Below, one piece after another: positions 19,582 to 29,034 of a stretch of DNA of 59,217 nucleotides (position 1 is its first letter; every line of letters begins with the position of its first letter). The stretch lies in assembly GCA_964434345.1 (NCBI GenBank), contig CAYSUY010000004.1:1-59217 (forward strand). Reading direction: 5' to 3'. Below the pieces are notes generated by a model. It had not been told where the DNA came from. It saw nothing but the letters and a program-made list of their open reading frames with translations, and did not search any database. The position numbers and the translations under genes are program-made. Source of the stretch: an uncultured Acetobacteraceae bacterium (GTDB lineage Bacteria; Pseudomonadota; Alphaproteobacteria; CACIAM-22H2).

Positions 19582-20080
19582 GGCGAGAACTGGATCCAGT
19601 CCCACAATACCCGATATTGCGGCGGCTTCATGGCGCGGAACGCGTCGCCGCCTTCCGGACGCGTCCCTGCGGCTTTTTCCCTCGTCCTGCGACGGGAGGG
19701 TTGTAGTCGGCGTCCGGCGCGGTTAACCTTCGGACCGCTCCCGCTTTCACGGTGGCCGACCGCGCCGATAGACGCGCGGACGGAACCGGTCGCTTCCTCG
19801 GAGAGGGGCTTCGCGGGCGCACCCGACGACACACGAACGATCCAATACGTGATTTTGACCGCTTCGGAATCCTCCCAAACGACGAGACAAGCCGCCCTTC
19901 CGGTGGCTGGACGGCAGCCGTGCGCCTCCGAGCGTACCGGCTCCGGGTCGTCTGGGCGGGAGCCAGCGGCTGTCGCCATCCGGCAAGGCGCCGGGAGAAC
20001 GATTCCGAGCATCGCGCGCTGCGCGATTGACGTCCTCCATACCGGCGCTCCGCCACCCCTATTGCGGAGACGAACACCAC

Positions 20081-23000
20081 ATGGCCAAGAAAATGCTCAT
20101 CGACGCGACCCACGCGGAAGAAACGCGGGTCGTGGTCCTCAGCGGCAACCGGCTTGACGAATACGATTTCGAGACATCGACCAAGAAGCAGATCAAGGGA
20201 AACATCTATCTCGCCAAGGTGACGCGCGTCGAGCCGTCGCTGCAGGCCTGCTTCGTCGAGTTCGGCGGCAATCGTCACGGCTTCCTCGCCTTCGGCGAGA
20301 TCCATCCCGATTACTGGCAGATCCCGATCGCCGACCGCGAAGCGCTGCTTGCGGAGGAACGCCGCCTCGCCGAGCGCGAGGACAATGGCGACGACGACGA
20401 GGCCGAGCCGCCGCCGCGTCGGCGCTTCGAGGCCCGGGCGGAAACCTTCGCCGAGGCATCCGAGACATCGGAGTCTCAGGGCGAGGCATCGGCCGCCGGC
20501 GACCAGACCGCGATCGGCGTGACGCCGTCGGCATCGGAGGTCGAGCCACACGCCCCGTTCGCCTTGACGGGCGACGCGCCGGCCGCGCCCTCGCCGGCCG
20601 GTGAAGCCGCTCCGGGCGAAGCATCGACGGCCGCCCCCCTGACGGTCGATACCCCGCGCGTCGTCGCCCCCGAGCCGAGTTCCGCCGACGACGCGCCGGC
20701 CATGGCCGGTGAAGTCGGCGCGGATGTCGCCGCCGGTGGCGGCGCCGAGACGACGCGGGACGATCAGGACACTGCGGAGCATGAGCAGGCCCCTCCCCCG
20801 GTCAAGATCGAATCCGTCGGCGGCGACGACGCCGAGGACGAGGAAGAGGAAGAGACCCGGCGCCGCCGCTTCAAGCCGATGCGGCACTACAAGATCCAGG
20901 AAGTCATCAAGCGCCGCCAGGTGCTGCTCGTCCAGGTCGTGAAGGAAGAGCGCGGCACCAAGGGCGCGGCGCTGACGACCTATATCTCGCTGGCCGGGCG
21001 CTATTGCGTGCTGATGCCGAACACGACGCGCGGCGGCGGGATCTCGCGGCGGATCACCTCCCAGCAGGACCGCAAGCGCCTCAAGGACATCATGCGCGAT
21101 CTGGATGTTCCGGACGGCATGGCGGTGATCCTGCGCACGGCAGGCATGGAGCGCGCGAAGCCGGAAATCCGGCGCGACTACGAATACCTGATGCGTCTCT
21201 GGGACGACGTACGCGAACTCACGCTCAATTCGCGCGCGCCCGCGCTGGTCTACGAGGAAGGCTCGCTGATCAAGCGTTCGATCCGCGACCTCTATTCGCG
21301 CGACATCGACGAGATCCAGGTCGAGGGCCGGCCGGGCTTCGACGCGGCACGCGCCTTCATGAAGATGCTGATGCCGGATCACGCCGAGAAGATCCGCCTC
21401 TACGATGACGCCCAGGTGCCGCTGTTCCAGCGCCATCAGGTCGAGGCGCAGCTCGACGAGATGCATGACAATACGGTGCGGCTGCGCTCGGGCGGCTACA
21501 TCGTCCTGAACCAGACCGAGGCGCTGGTCGCGATCGACGTCAACTCGGGCCGGGCCACGCGCGAGCGCCATATCGAGGAGACGGCGCTCAAGACCAATCT
21601 GGAGGCCGCCGAGGAGGTGGCACGCCAGATCCGTCTGCGCGACCTCGCCGGACTGATCGTCATCGACTTCATCGATATGGAGGACAACCGTCATATCTCC
21701 CAGGTCGAGCGGCGCCTCAAGGAGGCGATGCGCAGCGATCGGGCGCGGATCCAGATCGGCCGCATCTCGCCTTTCGGCCTGCTGGAATTGTCGCGCCAGC
21801 GCCTGCGCCCGTCGCTGGCAGAGGTCTCGACCCAGAAATGCCCGCATTGCGGCGGCAGCGGCTTCATCCGTTCGACCGAATCCACGGCGCTGCGCGTCCT
21901 GCGCGGCATCGAGGAAGAAGGCATCAAGGCGCGCTCGGTCGCGCTCAAGGTGACCCTCCCGGCGAGCGTGGCCATCTACATGCTCAACCAGAAGCGCAGC
22001 GCGCTGGCGGCGATCGAGCAGCGCTACGGCATCGAGATCACCTTCGAGCCGGACGCCGCGATGGTGCCGCCGGAATACCGCATCGACCGGTTGAAGATCC
22101 GCGAGCGCGGCGAGACCGGCCCGGCGCCTGTACGCGCCGGCATCGATCACGCGCCCGAGGACATCGTCGAGGAGAGCGTTGCGGAACCGATCGAGGCCCT
22201 GCCCGTGCCGTCCGAACCCGCGCGCCGCTGGGAGCGTGACGAGGACGGCCAGGACGACGGCGAAGCCGGCTCCCAGGAGGCGGCCGGCGGCGAGGACGGT
22301 CGCGGTCGCGGGCGTCGGCGTCGGCGCCGGCGCGGCCGCGGTCGCGGTCGCGAGGACGGCATGCCGGGACAGGGTTTCGACGCGGGCCGACAGGCCGCGC
22401 CGGGCGACGGCGAGGCGGGTTCCGACGCCCTTCCGGCGGTCGGCGACACGGCAGCCATGCCCGCAGCAACGGCCGAACCGCTACAGGGCGGCGAAGGCGA
22501 AAATCTTGGCGCTGCGCCCGAGATGCCGGGACGCCCACCGCGCGACGGCGACACCGATGACGAAGGCGGACGCCGGCGGCGGCGCGGACGCAGAGGTGGC
22601 CGGCGCCGGCGTGGTGACGAGCAGGGGGGCGGCGAGCAGCTGGCCTTTGCCGGCGCCGCGGCCGATGCGCCTTCTCCTGCGCCTGCCGTTGCTCCGGTTC
22701 CGGTCGCCGATCCGGATGGCGATCTGAGGATGCGGGCCCGCGAACTCTACGCGCAGCCTGACCGGTTCGCGCCGGTCCCGGTCGCCACCGAGCCTGCGGC
22801 CCCCGCGGCCGATGTCCATGAGTGGCCATGGAACCGCCGCGACGAGCCGGCCGCGCCTCCGGCGCCGCCCCCCGCGGCTGCGCCCGCGGCGGTCGTGGAA
22901 ACCGTCGTCGAGATCGTATCGGCGCCGGCGGCACCGCTCCCGCAAGCTCCGGCCCCCCAAGCTACGGCCCCCGAAGCTCCGGTGGCAGAAGCTCCGGCGG

Positions 23001-23212
23001 CCCCGGCTCCCATGACCGAAGCCCCGGCCGCCCCCGCCCCCGCCCTCGCCGCCGCGGCGGAGGCGCCGGCGGCTCCGGCCCAGGAAACACCGGTCCAGAA
23101 GCAGACCAGCGAAGCGCCGGTGGCCGAGCCGCAACCTGCGGTCGAGGTCGCACCGGAGCCCGAGCCGAAGGGTCCGCCGCGCCGCGGATGGTGGAAGCGC
23201 CTCACCAGCTGA
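20081..23212 (+). CDS. rne: Ribonuclease E
   Basis: MAKKMLIDATH, GNIYLAKV, QVVKEERGTKGAALTT, AIDVNSG, CPHC Zn-link, long disordered C-terminus ending RRGWWKR; GGAG SD. Confidence 0.98.
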   Translation: MAKKMLIDATHAEETRVVVLSGNRLDEYDFETSTKKQIKGNIYLAKVTRVEPSLQACFVEFGGNRHGFLAFGEIHPDYWQIPIADREALLAEERRLAEREDNGDDDEAEPPPRRRFEARAETFAEASETSESQGEASAAGDQTAIGVTPSASEVEPHAPFALTGDAPAAPSPAGEAAPGEASTAAPLTVDTPRVVAPEPSSADDAPAMAGEVGADVAAGGGAETTRDDQDTAEHEQAPPPVKIESVGGDDAEDEEEEETRRRRFKPMRHYKIQEVIKRRQVLLVQVVKEERGTKGAALTTYISLAGRYCVLMPNTTRGGGISRRITSQQDRKRLKDIMRDLDVPDGMAVILRTAGMERAKPEIRRDYEYLMRLWDDVRELTLNSRAPALVYEEGSLIKRSIRDLYSRDIDEIQVEGRPGFDAARAFMKMLMPDHAEKIRLYDDAQVPLFQRHQVEAQLDEMHDNTVRLRSGGYIVLNQTEALVAIDVNSGRATRERHIEETALKTNLEAAEEVARQIRLRDLAGLIVIDFIDMEDNRHISQVERRLKEAMRSDRARIQIGRISPFGLLELSRQRLRPSLAEVSTQKCPHCGGSGFIRSTESTALRVLRGIEEEGIKARSVALKVTLPASVAIYMLNQKRSALAAIEQRYGIEITFEPDAAMVPPEYRIDRLKIRERGETGPAPVRAGIDHAPEDIVEESVAEPIEALPVPSEPARRWERDEDGQDDGEAGSQEAAGGEDGRGRGRRRRRRRGRGRGREDGMPGQGFDAGRQAAPGDGEAGSDALPAVGDTAAMPAATAEPLQGGEGENLGAAPEMPGRPPRDGDTDDEGGRRRRRGRRGGRRRRGDEQGGGEQLAFAGAAADAPSPAPAVAPVPVADPDGDLRMRARELYAQPDRFAPVPVATEPAAPAADVHEWPWNRRDEPAAPPAPPPAAAPAAVVETVVEIVSAPAAPLPQAPAPQATAPEAPVAEAPAAPAPMTEAPAAPAPALAAAAEAPAAPAQETPVQKQTSEAPVAEPQPAVEVAPEPEPKGPPRRGWWKRLTS
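22927..23082 (+). repeat. Degenerate ~15-nt (pentapeptide xxEAP/APQAP) coding repeat in the RNase E tail
   Basis: APQAP APQAT APEAP VAEAP AAPAP MTEAP AAPAP; boundaries approximate. Confidence 0.6.
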
Positions 23213-23242
23213 TCCCGGACGCGGCGACGCACCGGCTTCACG

Positions 23243-23278
23243 ACGGGCGGCCCCTCGCGGGGTCGCCCGTTTCGCTTT
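23243..23278 (+). terminator. Intrinsic terminator-like hairpin after rne (possibly shared with the convergent aminotransferase)
   Basis: ACGGGCGGCCCC-TCGC-GGGGTCGCCCGT followed by TTCGCTTT. Confidence 0.7.
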
Positions 23279-23285
23279 CGGGGTA

Positions 23286-24446
23286 TCAGACGCCGGCGCG
23301 CCAGCGCCGCAGCCGCTCGCAGGCGCGTGCCATGTCCTCGTGCGAGCCGGCGAAGGAAAAGCGGACATGGCGCGCGCCACGAGCCGGATCGAAATCAGTG
23401 CCGGGCGTGGCAGCGACACCGGCCTCGGCCAGCATGCGCTGACAGAACGCGACACTGTCGTTGGTCATATGGCCGACGTCGCAATAAAGATAGAACGCCC
23501 CGTCCGCAGGGGCGAAATCGACAAAGCCGGCCTTGGGCAATTCCGCCAGCAGCAGATCGCGATTGGCGCGGTAGGCCGCGACCCGGGCATCGAGTTCGGC
23601 GCCGCAGTCGAAGGCGGCCAGCGCCGCGTGCTGCGGCAGGCTCGGCGGCGAGATGAACAGGTTCTGCGCCAGCACCTCGACCGCGCGCAGCAGATCGGCT
23701 GGCACGACCATCCACCCCAGCCGCCAGCCGGTCATCGCGAAATACTTCGAGAAGCTGTTGATCACGATAGCGTCCGGCGTCCCGGCGAGGGTCGCGGCCG
23801 GATCGCCATAGGTGATGCCGTGATAGATCTCGTCCGAGACCAGCCTTACACCGGCCCCGGCGCACCAGCGGGCGAGACGCTCCAGTTCCGCGGCGCTCAG
23901 CATCGTGCCGGTGGGGTTGGCCGGGCTGGCGACGATCAAGCCGTCAAGCCGCCCGGCAGCTTCGAGCCGCGCGACGGTCGGCTGAAAGCGGTCGCGGGCA
24001 TCGGTCGGCAGGCCGACGACATCGACCCCGAGCGCCGCCAGGATGTTCCGATAGGCCGGGTAGCCGGGATCGGCCAGCGCGACGCGCGCGCCAGCGTCGA
24101 AGGCCGCGAGAAAGGCGAGCACGAAGGCGCCGGACGAGCCGGTGGTGACGACGATCCGCTCCGCCGGCACGTCGATGCCATAGGCGTCACGGTAATGCGC
24201 GGCGATGCGCGCGCGCAGCGCCGGCAGGCCGAAGGCGTCGGTGTAGCCGAGCCGATCGCTGCGCAACGCCGCGGCCGCAGCGTCTAGGACAGGCTGCGGC
24301 GCGCCGCTTCCGGGCTGGCCGATCTCGAGATGCACCGTGCGGTCGGACGGGTCGCGTGCCGCCCGGTCGCGCGCGCTGGCCGCGCGCAGGACGTCCATCA
24401 CCAGGAACGGCGCGATTTCGCTACGCCGCGACGGGCCGAGCGCCAT
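23286..24446 (-). CDS. Class I/II PLP-dependent aminotransferase (aspartate aminotransferase family)
   Basis: HLEIGQP, GYTDAFGLPALR, ASPANPTG, SDEIYHG, NSFSKYFAMTGWRLGW. Confidence 0.94.
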   Translation of the reverse strand: MALGPSRRSEIAPFLVMDVLRAASARDRAARDPSDRTVHLEIGQPGSGAPQPVLDAAAAALRSDRLGYTDAFGLPALRARIAAHYRDAYGIDVPAERIVVTTGSSGAFVLAFLAAFDAGARVALADPGYPAYRNILAALGVDVVGLPTDARDRFQPTVARLEAAGRLDGLIVASPANPTGTMLSAAELERLARWCAGAGVRLVSDEIYHGITYGDPAATLAGTPDAIVINSFSKYFAMTGWRLGWMVVPADLLRAVEVLAQNLFISPPSLPQHAALAAFDCGAELDARVAAYRANRDLLLAELPKAGFVDFAPADGAFYLYCDVGHMTNDSVAFCQRMLAEAGVAATPGTDFDPARGARHVRFSFAGSHEDMARACERLRRWRAGV

Positions 24447-24457
24447 GATGGCGCGGC

Positions 24458-26011
24458 TCAGCGCACGCCGCCGACGGCGAGACCGTCGCCGCGCGGATCG
24501 GTGCGCACGCGACACGCCGTCGGCTCGTCGACCAGCCCCGCCGGGCATGCGACGGCGTTCAGGCGGCCCAGCGGCGCAGGCGCCGAAACGGAACCGGCGG
24601 CCGTCGCCCCCGGCTCGGCCAGGACACGAAGCGCGCCATCGACGACGACACGGGGCTGCTCGATCAGGCGGTCGAGCGTCGCGCGCTCGACCACGGTGCC
24701 AAGGCCGGCCCCGACCGCCGCGACCGCGCCACCGATTCCGCCGCCGCCGCCGGCGAAGACGAACTGGGCGCTGTCCGCGCGCTGGCTCAACGACAGGACA
24801 CCGCCGATCGACCGCGTCGCCATGACGACGCCGAGCGAGGCGGACGGACGCGCCTGCGCGCTTGCCAGGACGACGCCATTGGCGACACGGCCGGCCCCGA
24901 ACACGTCGCCCGCCGTCACGGCGCAGGCGACCGCGCCGCCCTCCCGGTCCGCGGTCACGATGGTCGTCGTCGCGGAGGAGTCTGCGACCGCACGGCCCGC
25001 GGCACTGGGCGCCGGCACCGCTGCCGCCGCCATCAGCGCCTGGGCGCGGCGCGCCGAGACGGCCTCGCTCGACACACCGAAATCCTCGAGATCGAGCGCG
25101 CCCCAGCGCCCGGCATCGGCGAGTGCACGCAGTTGCGCATCGAGCAACAGATCGCCCCGCCGCTCGCGCGGCGTCTGCGCCCAGCGCGGCGCGAGCATCT
25201 GCCAGAGCTGGGCCTGCATGATCCCCGCCTGAGCCGGCGGCGGCAGGAACGAGACGCGCATGTCCTGAAGCGACACGCTCAGCGGTGCCCTGAATTGCGG
25301 CGCGGCAGCCGCGAGATCCGCGGCGGAGAACGCCCCGCCGGCAGCCTGCGCGGCGGCGGCGAAGCGCATGCCGGCCGAGCCCGCATGGAACTCGTTCGCG
25401 CCGCGGCTGCGGATAGTGCCGAGGATCTCGGCGAGGTCAGGCTGCGCGAGCCGGTCGCCTTCGCGCGGCAGCGCTCCGGCCGGCCGGAACAGCCGCGACA
25501 AGTCGGGGCTGGCCGAGATGCGACCCGCGTTCTCGGCGAGTTCGCGGGACTGGGCGCGCGAAATCTGGACGCCGAACCGCGCCATCGCCTCGCCGGGTGC
25601 CACGACCTGTTCCCAGCGCAGTCGCCCGTAGCGGCCCTGAAGGACAAAAAAGCCGCGCGCATTCATCGGCACCGGGCTGCCCGGCTGCGCCGACGGGCGG
25701 GTCATGAAATCGACCACCTCGACGCGCCCGAGAACCGGGTCGAAGACGAGGCAGGCACCGCCGCCGCCGAGCGTCGCCCGGCCCGGCAAGGTGACCGACA
25801 GCGCGAAATAGGCGGCGCTCGCGGCGTCGGCGGCGCTGCCGCCCGCGGCGAGGATGTCGCGCGCGACGAGCGCCGCGCGCGGTTCGTCGACGGCGGCGCC
25901 GCCGACGAAATCGGCCGCCGGGCCGCGCTGGTCACCGCCGCCCGAACACGCGGCCGCCATCGTCGCGACAAGAAGGGCGGCTATCGGCGTCCCTGGATTC
26001 CGGCGTCCCAG
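24458..26011 (-). CDS. Gamma-glutamyltransferase-family (Ntn-hydrolase) probable lipoprotein; start uncertain
   Basis: GGSAADAA..., ATLGGGGACL, GRYGRLRWEQVV.P, ATTTIVTADREG. First in-frame ATG is at 25960; the CTG at 26011 restores a lipoprotein signal (see findings). Confidence 0.8.
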   Translation of the reverse strand: MGRRNPGTPIAALLVATMAAACSGGGDQRGPAADFVGGAAVDEPRAALVARDILAAGGSAADAASAAYFALSVTLPGRATLGGGGACLVFDPVLGRVEVVDFMTRPSAQPGSPVPMNARGFFVLQGRYGRLRWEQVVAPGEAMARFGVQISRAQSRELAENAGRISASPDLSRLFRPAGALPREGDRLAQPDLAEILGTIRSRGANEFHAGSAGMRFAAAAQAAGGAFSAADLAAAAPQFRAPLSVSLQDMRVSFLPPPAQAGIMQAQLWQMLAPRWAQTPRERRGDLLLDAQLRALADAGRWGALDLEDFGVSSEAVSARRAQALMAAAAVPAPSAAGRAVADSSATTTIVTADREGGAVACAVTAGDVFGAGRVANGVVLASAQARPSASLGVVMATRSIGGVLSLSQRADSAQFVFAGGGGGIGGAVAAVGAGLGTVVERATLDRLIEQPRVVVDGALRVLAEPGATAAGSVSAPAPLGRLNAVACPAGLVDEPTACRVRTDPRGDGLAVGGVR

Positions 26012-26066
26012 GCGACTAGCTTGCCATCGACGCCGCCACGACCCTCCGGCCGAAGAGCGAAGAGAC

Positions 26067-27491
26067 GTGCTGCCAAGGACCTTGACGTCGGCGCACCCCG
26101 CGAGGCGGGGCGTTGAACTGCTTGAAGACATCCGTGACCTGTTCTCGCGGGCGCTGCTCGTCGCGACGGCTGTGCTGATCTGCGCCGGGTTGTTGTGCGC
26201 CGGCCCGGCCGGCGCGCAAAAGCGCAGCATCAGTTTCATCCGCGACGCGGAAATCGAAGCTACCATCCGGACCTTCGCCACGCCACTTTTCAACGCGGCC
26301 GGCCTCGACCCCGGGGCGATCGGCGTGCATCTGGTCAACGACCGCTCGCTGAACGCCTTCGTGGGCAATGGCCTGAACATGTACATCAACACCGGCCTGC
26401 TCATGCGCGCGGAGAATGCCGGCCAGGTGATCGGCGTGATCGCGCACGAGACCGGCCACATCCAGGGCGGTCATCTCGTCCAGATGCGCGAGCAGATCGA
26501 CCAGGCGACGCTGCCGATGCTTCTCGAGATGCTGGCCACGATCGGCGCGGCGAGCGCCGGGTCGCGGGCGTCGAACCCGAACGACTGGGGCGGCATGCGC
26601 GGCGGCGGCGGACCGACCATGACGGAGCGCATGCTGCTGCGATACTCCCGCGGCATGGAGAATCAGGCGGACCAGGCCGGCATGATCCTGCTCGACCGGA
26701 CCGGCCAGTCGTCGCGCGGACTGATGGAGTTCCTCGACATCCTCGGCGACCAGGAACTGCTCCAGATCGGACGCCAGGATCCCTATGTGCGGACGCACCC
26801 GATAACGCGCGAGCGTATCGAGTCCGTGCGCACGCATGTCGCGCGCTCGCGGTTCTCGGAGGCGCCCCTGCCGCCCGATTTCGAGGAGCGCCATGCCCGC
26901 ATGCGCGCCAAGCTCATCGGCTTCCTCGAGCCGGCCCGGGTCGCCGCGGTCTACAAGGCCGCCGACCAGTCGCTCGCGGCGCGCTATGCCCGCGCCATCG
27001 CGGCCTACAAGCAGTTCGACTTCGTGGGCTCCGACGCACAGTTCGAAGCGCTCGTGCGCAGCCGTCCCAGGGACCCCTACATCATCGAGACACGGGCGCA
27101 GTTCCTGCTCGAGCAGGGCAAGCCGGAGGCGGCGCGCGATCTCTATGCCCAGGCAGTCGCCCTGGCGCCCGCCGAGCCGCTCATCGTCCAGGCCCTCGGC
27201 TGGTCGCAGTTGCAGACCGGCGCCGTGAAGGAGGCCATCGTGACGCTCGACCGCGCGCGCAGCCTGCGGGCGACCGATGCCGACACCTGGCGCCTCCTCG
27301 CCCAGGCCTATGGGCGGGACGGTCAGATCGGCCTCGCCGATTACGCCCAGGCCGAGCATTACAGCCTGATCGGCCGCCGGACCGAGGCCGCGCATTTCGC
27401 GGAGCGCGCGATGCGGGCGCTGCCCCAGAACTCGCCGGTCTGGCTGCGCGCCCAGGACATCCGCGAACTCGTGCGCCGGAGGCCCCAGTGA
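26067..27491 (+). CDS. M48-family zinc metalloprotease with TPR region (BepA/YfgC-like); start uncertain
   Basis: FIRDAEIE, SLNAFV, VIAHETGH (HExxH), ENQADQAG, RTHP, helical TPR-like C-terminus. Start could be GTG 26067, TTG 26082 or CTG 26139. Confidence 0.9.
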   Translation: MLPRTLTSAHPARRGVELLEDIRDLFSRALLVATAVLICAGLLCAGPAGAQKRSISFIRDAEIEATIRTFATPLFNAAGLDPGAIGVHLVNDRSLNAFVGNGLNMYINTGLLMRAENAGQVIGVIAHETGHIQGGHLVQMREQIDQATLPMLLEMLATIGAASAGSRASNPNDWGGMRGGGGPTMTERMLLRYSRGMENQADQAGMILLDRTGQSSRGLMEFLDILGDQELLQIGRQDPYVRTHPITRERIESVRTHVARSRFSEAPLPPDFEERHARMRAKLIGFLEPARVAAVYKAADQSLAARYARAIAAYKQFDFVGSDAQFEALVRSRPRDPYIIETRAQFLLEQGKPEAARDLYAQAVALAPAEPLIVQALGWSQLQTGAVKEAIVTLDRARSLRATDADTWRLLAQAYGRDGQIGLADYAQAEHYSLIGRRTEAAHFAERAMRALPQNSPVWLRAQDIRELVRRRPQ

Positions 27492-28249
27492 GACGCCGAC
27501 CGTTCCTGGCTGCCTGCGCCGCCGCCGCCCTGCCGGCCTGTGCCGCCACTCAGCCGCCGCCGCCGCCCCTGATCCGCCTGCCGGGCGGCCCGTCCCTGGT
27601 CCTGTCGCCGACCGCTGATTTCGACCCCGCCCGCCTGCCCGCGGGCTGGTCGCGGCGTGGCGTGGCCGGCGCGGGCATGCGGACGGGGATGGAGGCCGGA
27701 CGCCCCATCCTGTCCTTCGACGCACCTGGCGGCGACAGCCTCGCGCGTGCGCTGGACCAGCCGCTCTCCACCACGCCGCACCTCTCCTGGTGGTGGAAGC
27801 TGGAGCCCGACGCGTTTGCCGGCGGCCCCGGCGACGGGCTGCGGCGCGGCCTGCGCATCGTCGTCGGGTTCGATGGCGGCGGCCCGACGGACCTGATCCA
27901 ACCGTCGCGCTGGATGCGCGACGACGCGGGGTTCCCGCCACATCACCGTCGGATCGAGATCACCTTGAGCGGCACCGGGGCGGCGCGGCCGGAACTCGCC
28001 CTCGTCGAGCTTGTCGCCGTCGCGGATGGCGGCGCCCCACGGGCCTTGCGCGCCGCGGCGCCGGGGCTGACAGGCGGCTGGATCGCCGAGCGCGCCGATC
28101 TGCGGTCGCTCTATCGCGACGCCTTTCCCGCGGACCGCCTCGGCGCGGTCCGGATCGTCTTCGTCGCGCTGGGCGCCCTGCCCGCGCGGCTTCCCGCCGA
28201 CGCCCCGCACGGAATCGGCCATATCGTCGAGGTCCAGCTCTCCCCATGA
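27488..28249 (+). CDS. Hypothetical exported lipoprotein, DUF3047-like
   Basis: GTGA overlap with the M48 stop; (M)RRRPFLAACAAAALPAC signal/lipobox; TPHLSWWWKLE resembles the DUF3047 LSWRWK motif; ends in an ATGA overlap with dsbA. Confidence 0.7.
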   Translation: MRRRPFLAACAAAALPACAATQPPPPPLIRLPGGPSLVLSPTADFDPARLPAGWSRRGVAGAGMRTGMEAGRPILSFDAPGGDSLARALDQPLSTTPHLSWWWKLEPDAFAGGPGDGLRRGLRIVVGFDGGGPTDLIQPSRWMRDDAGFPPHHRRIEITLSGTGAARPELALVELVAVADGGAPRALRAAAPGLTGGWIAERADLRSLYRDAFPADRLGAVRIVFVALGALPARLPADAPHGIGHIVEVQLSP

Positions 28250-28995
28250 TTCGTTTCGCCAGCCTGGCCGCGCGCCTGCTCGCCCTGCTCTGCCTGTTCA
28301 CGGCGATGCCGCCCGCGGCCATGGGCCAGGGCTTTTCGCCGCTCCAGCAGGACGCGATCCGGGAGATCGTGCGCAACTATCTCCTCGCCAATCCGGACAT
28401 CATCGTCGAGGCCCTGAACATCCTCGAGGATCGCCAGAAGACCGAGGCCGCCGCGAGCCAGGCCGCGGCGCTCACCCAGCGCGTGTCGGAACTGCGCGAC
28501 GATCCGCATACCCCGTCGCACGGGCCGGCCGACGCCGATGTCACGGTGGTCGAGTTCTTCGACTACCGCTGCCAGTACTGCAAGCAGGTCGCCGCTCCCC
28601 TCGCGGAACTGGCGCGGGGCGATGCGAGACTGCGCATCGTCTACAAGGAGCTGCCGATCCTCGCCCCCGACTCGCTGGTCGCGGCGCGCGCCGCCCTCGC
28701 GGCCCATCTCCAGGGCGCCTACCGGCCCTTCCATGCGGCGCTGATGGCCCGTCGCGGAGCCTATGACGACGCCGCGATCGCCGCGGTGGCGGGCGAGCTT
28801 GGCCTCGATCTGGCGCGGCTGAAGGTCGACATGAACCGACCGGAGATCGCGGCGCAGATCGAGCGCAACCGCGCTCTGGCCCGGGATCTCGGCATCCGCG
28901 GCACGCCGGCTTTCGTGATCGGCACCGAACTGGTCCCGGGCGCGATCGACCTCGAGACGATGCGCGGCCTCGTGGCCAAGGCACGGCGGCGCTGA
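28246..28995 (+). CDS. DsbA-family thiol-disulfide oxidoreductase (Com1/ScsC-like)
   Basis: Signal peptide, IVRNYLLANPDII, VVEFFDYRCQYCK (CxxC), KELPIL, GIRGTPAF (cis-Pro). Confidence 0.94.
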   Translation: MIRFASLAARLLALLCLFTAMPPAAMGQGFSPLQQDAIREIVRNYLLANPDIIVEALNILEDRQKTEAAASQAAALTQRVSELRDDPHTPSHGPADADVTVVEFFDYRCQYCKQVAAPLAELARGDARLRIVYKELPILAPDSLVAARAALAAHLQGAYRPFHAALMARRGAYDDAAIAAVAGELGLDLARLKVDMNRPEIAAQIERNRALARDLGIRGTPAFVIGTELVPGAIDLETMRGLVAKARRR

Positions 28996-29006
28996 CCCGC
29001 GCCAAT

Positions 29007-29034
29007 CCGCCCGCTCACGCCCGCCCGCTCACGC
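29007..29034. repeat. Perfect 14-bp tandem duplication CCGCCCGCTCACGC x2
   Basis: 29007-29020 is identical to 29021-29034; the second copy contains the DMT stop codon. Confidence 0.8.
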
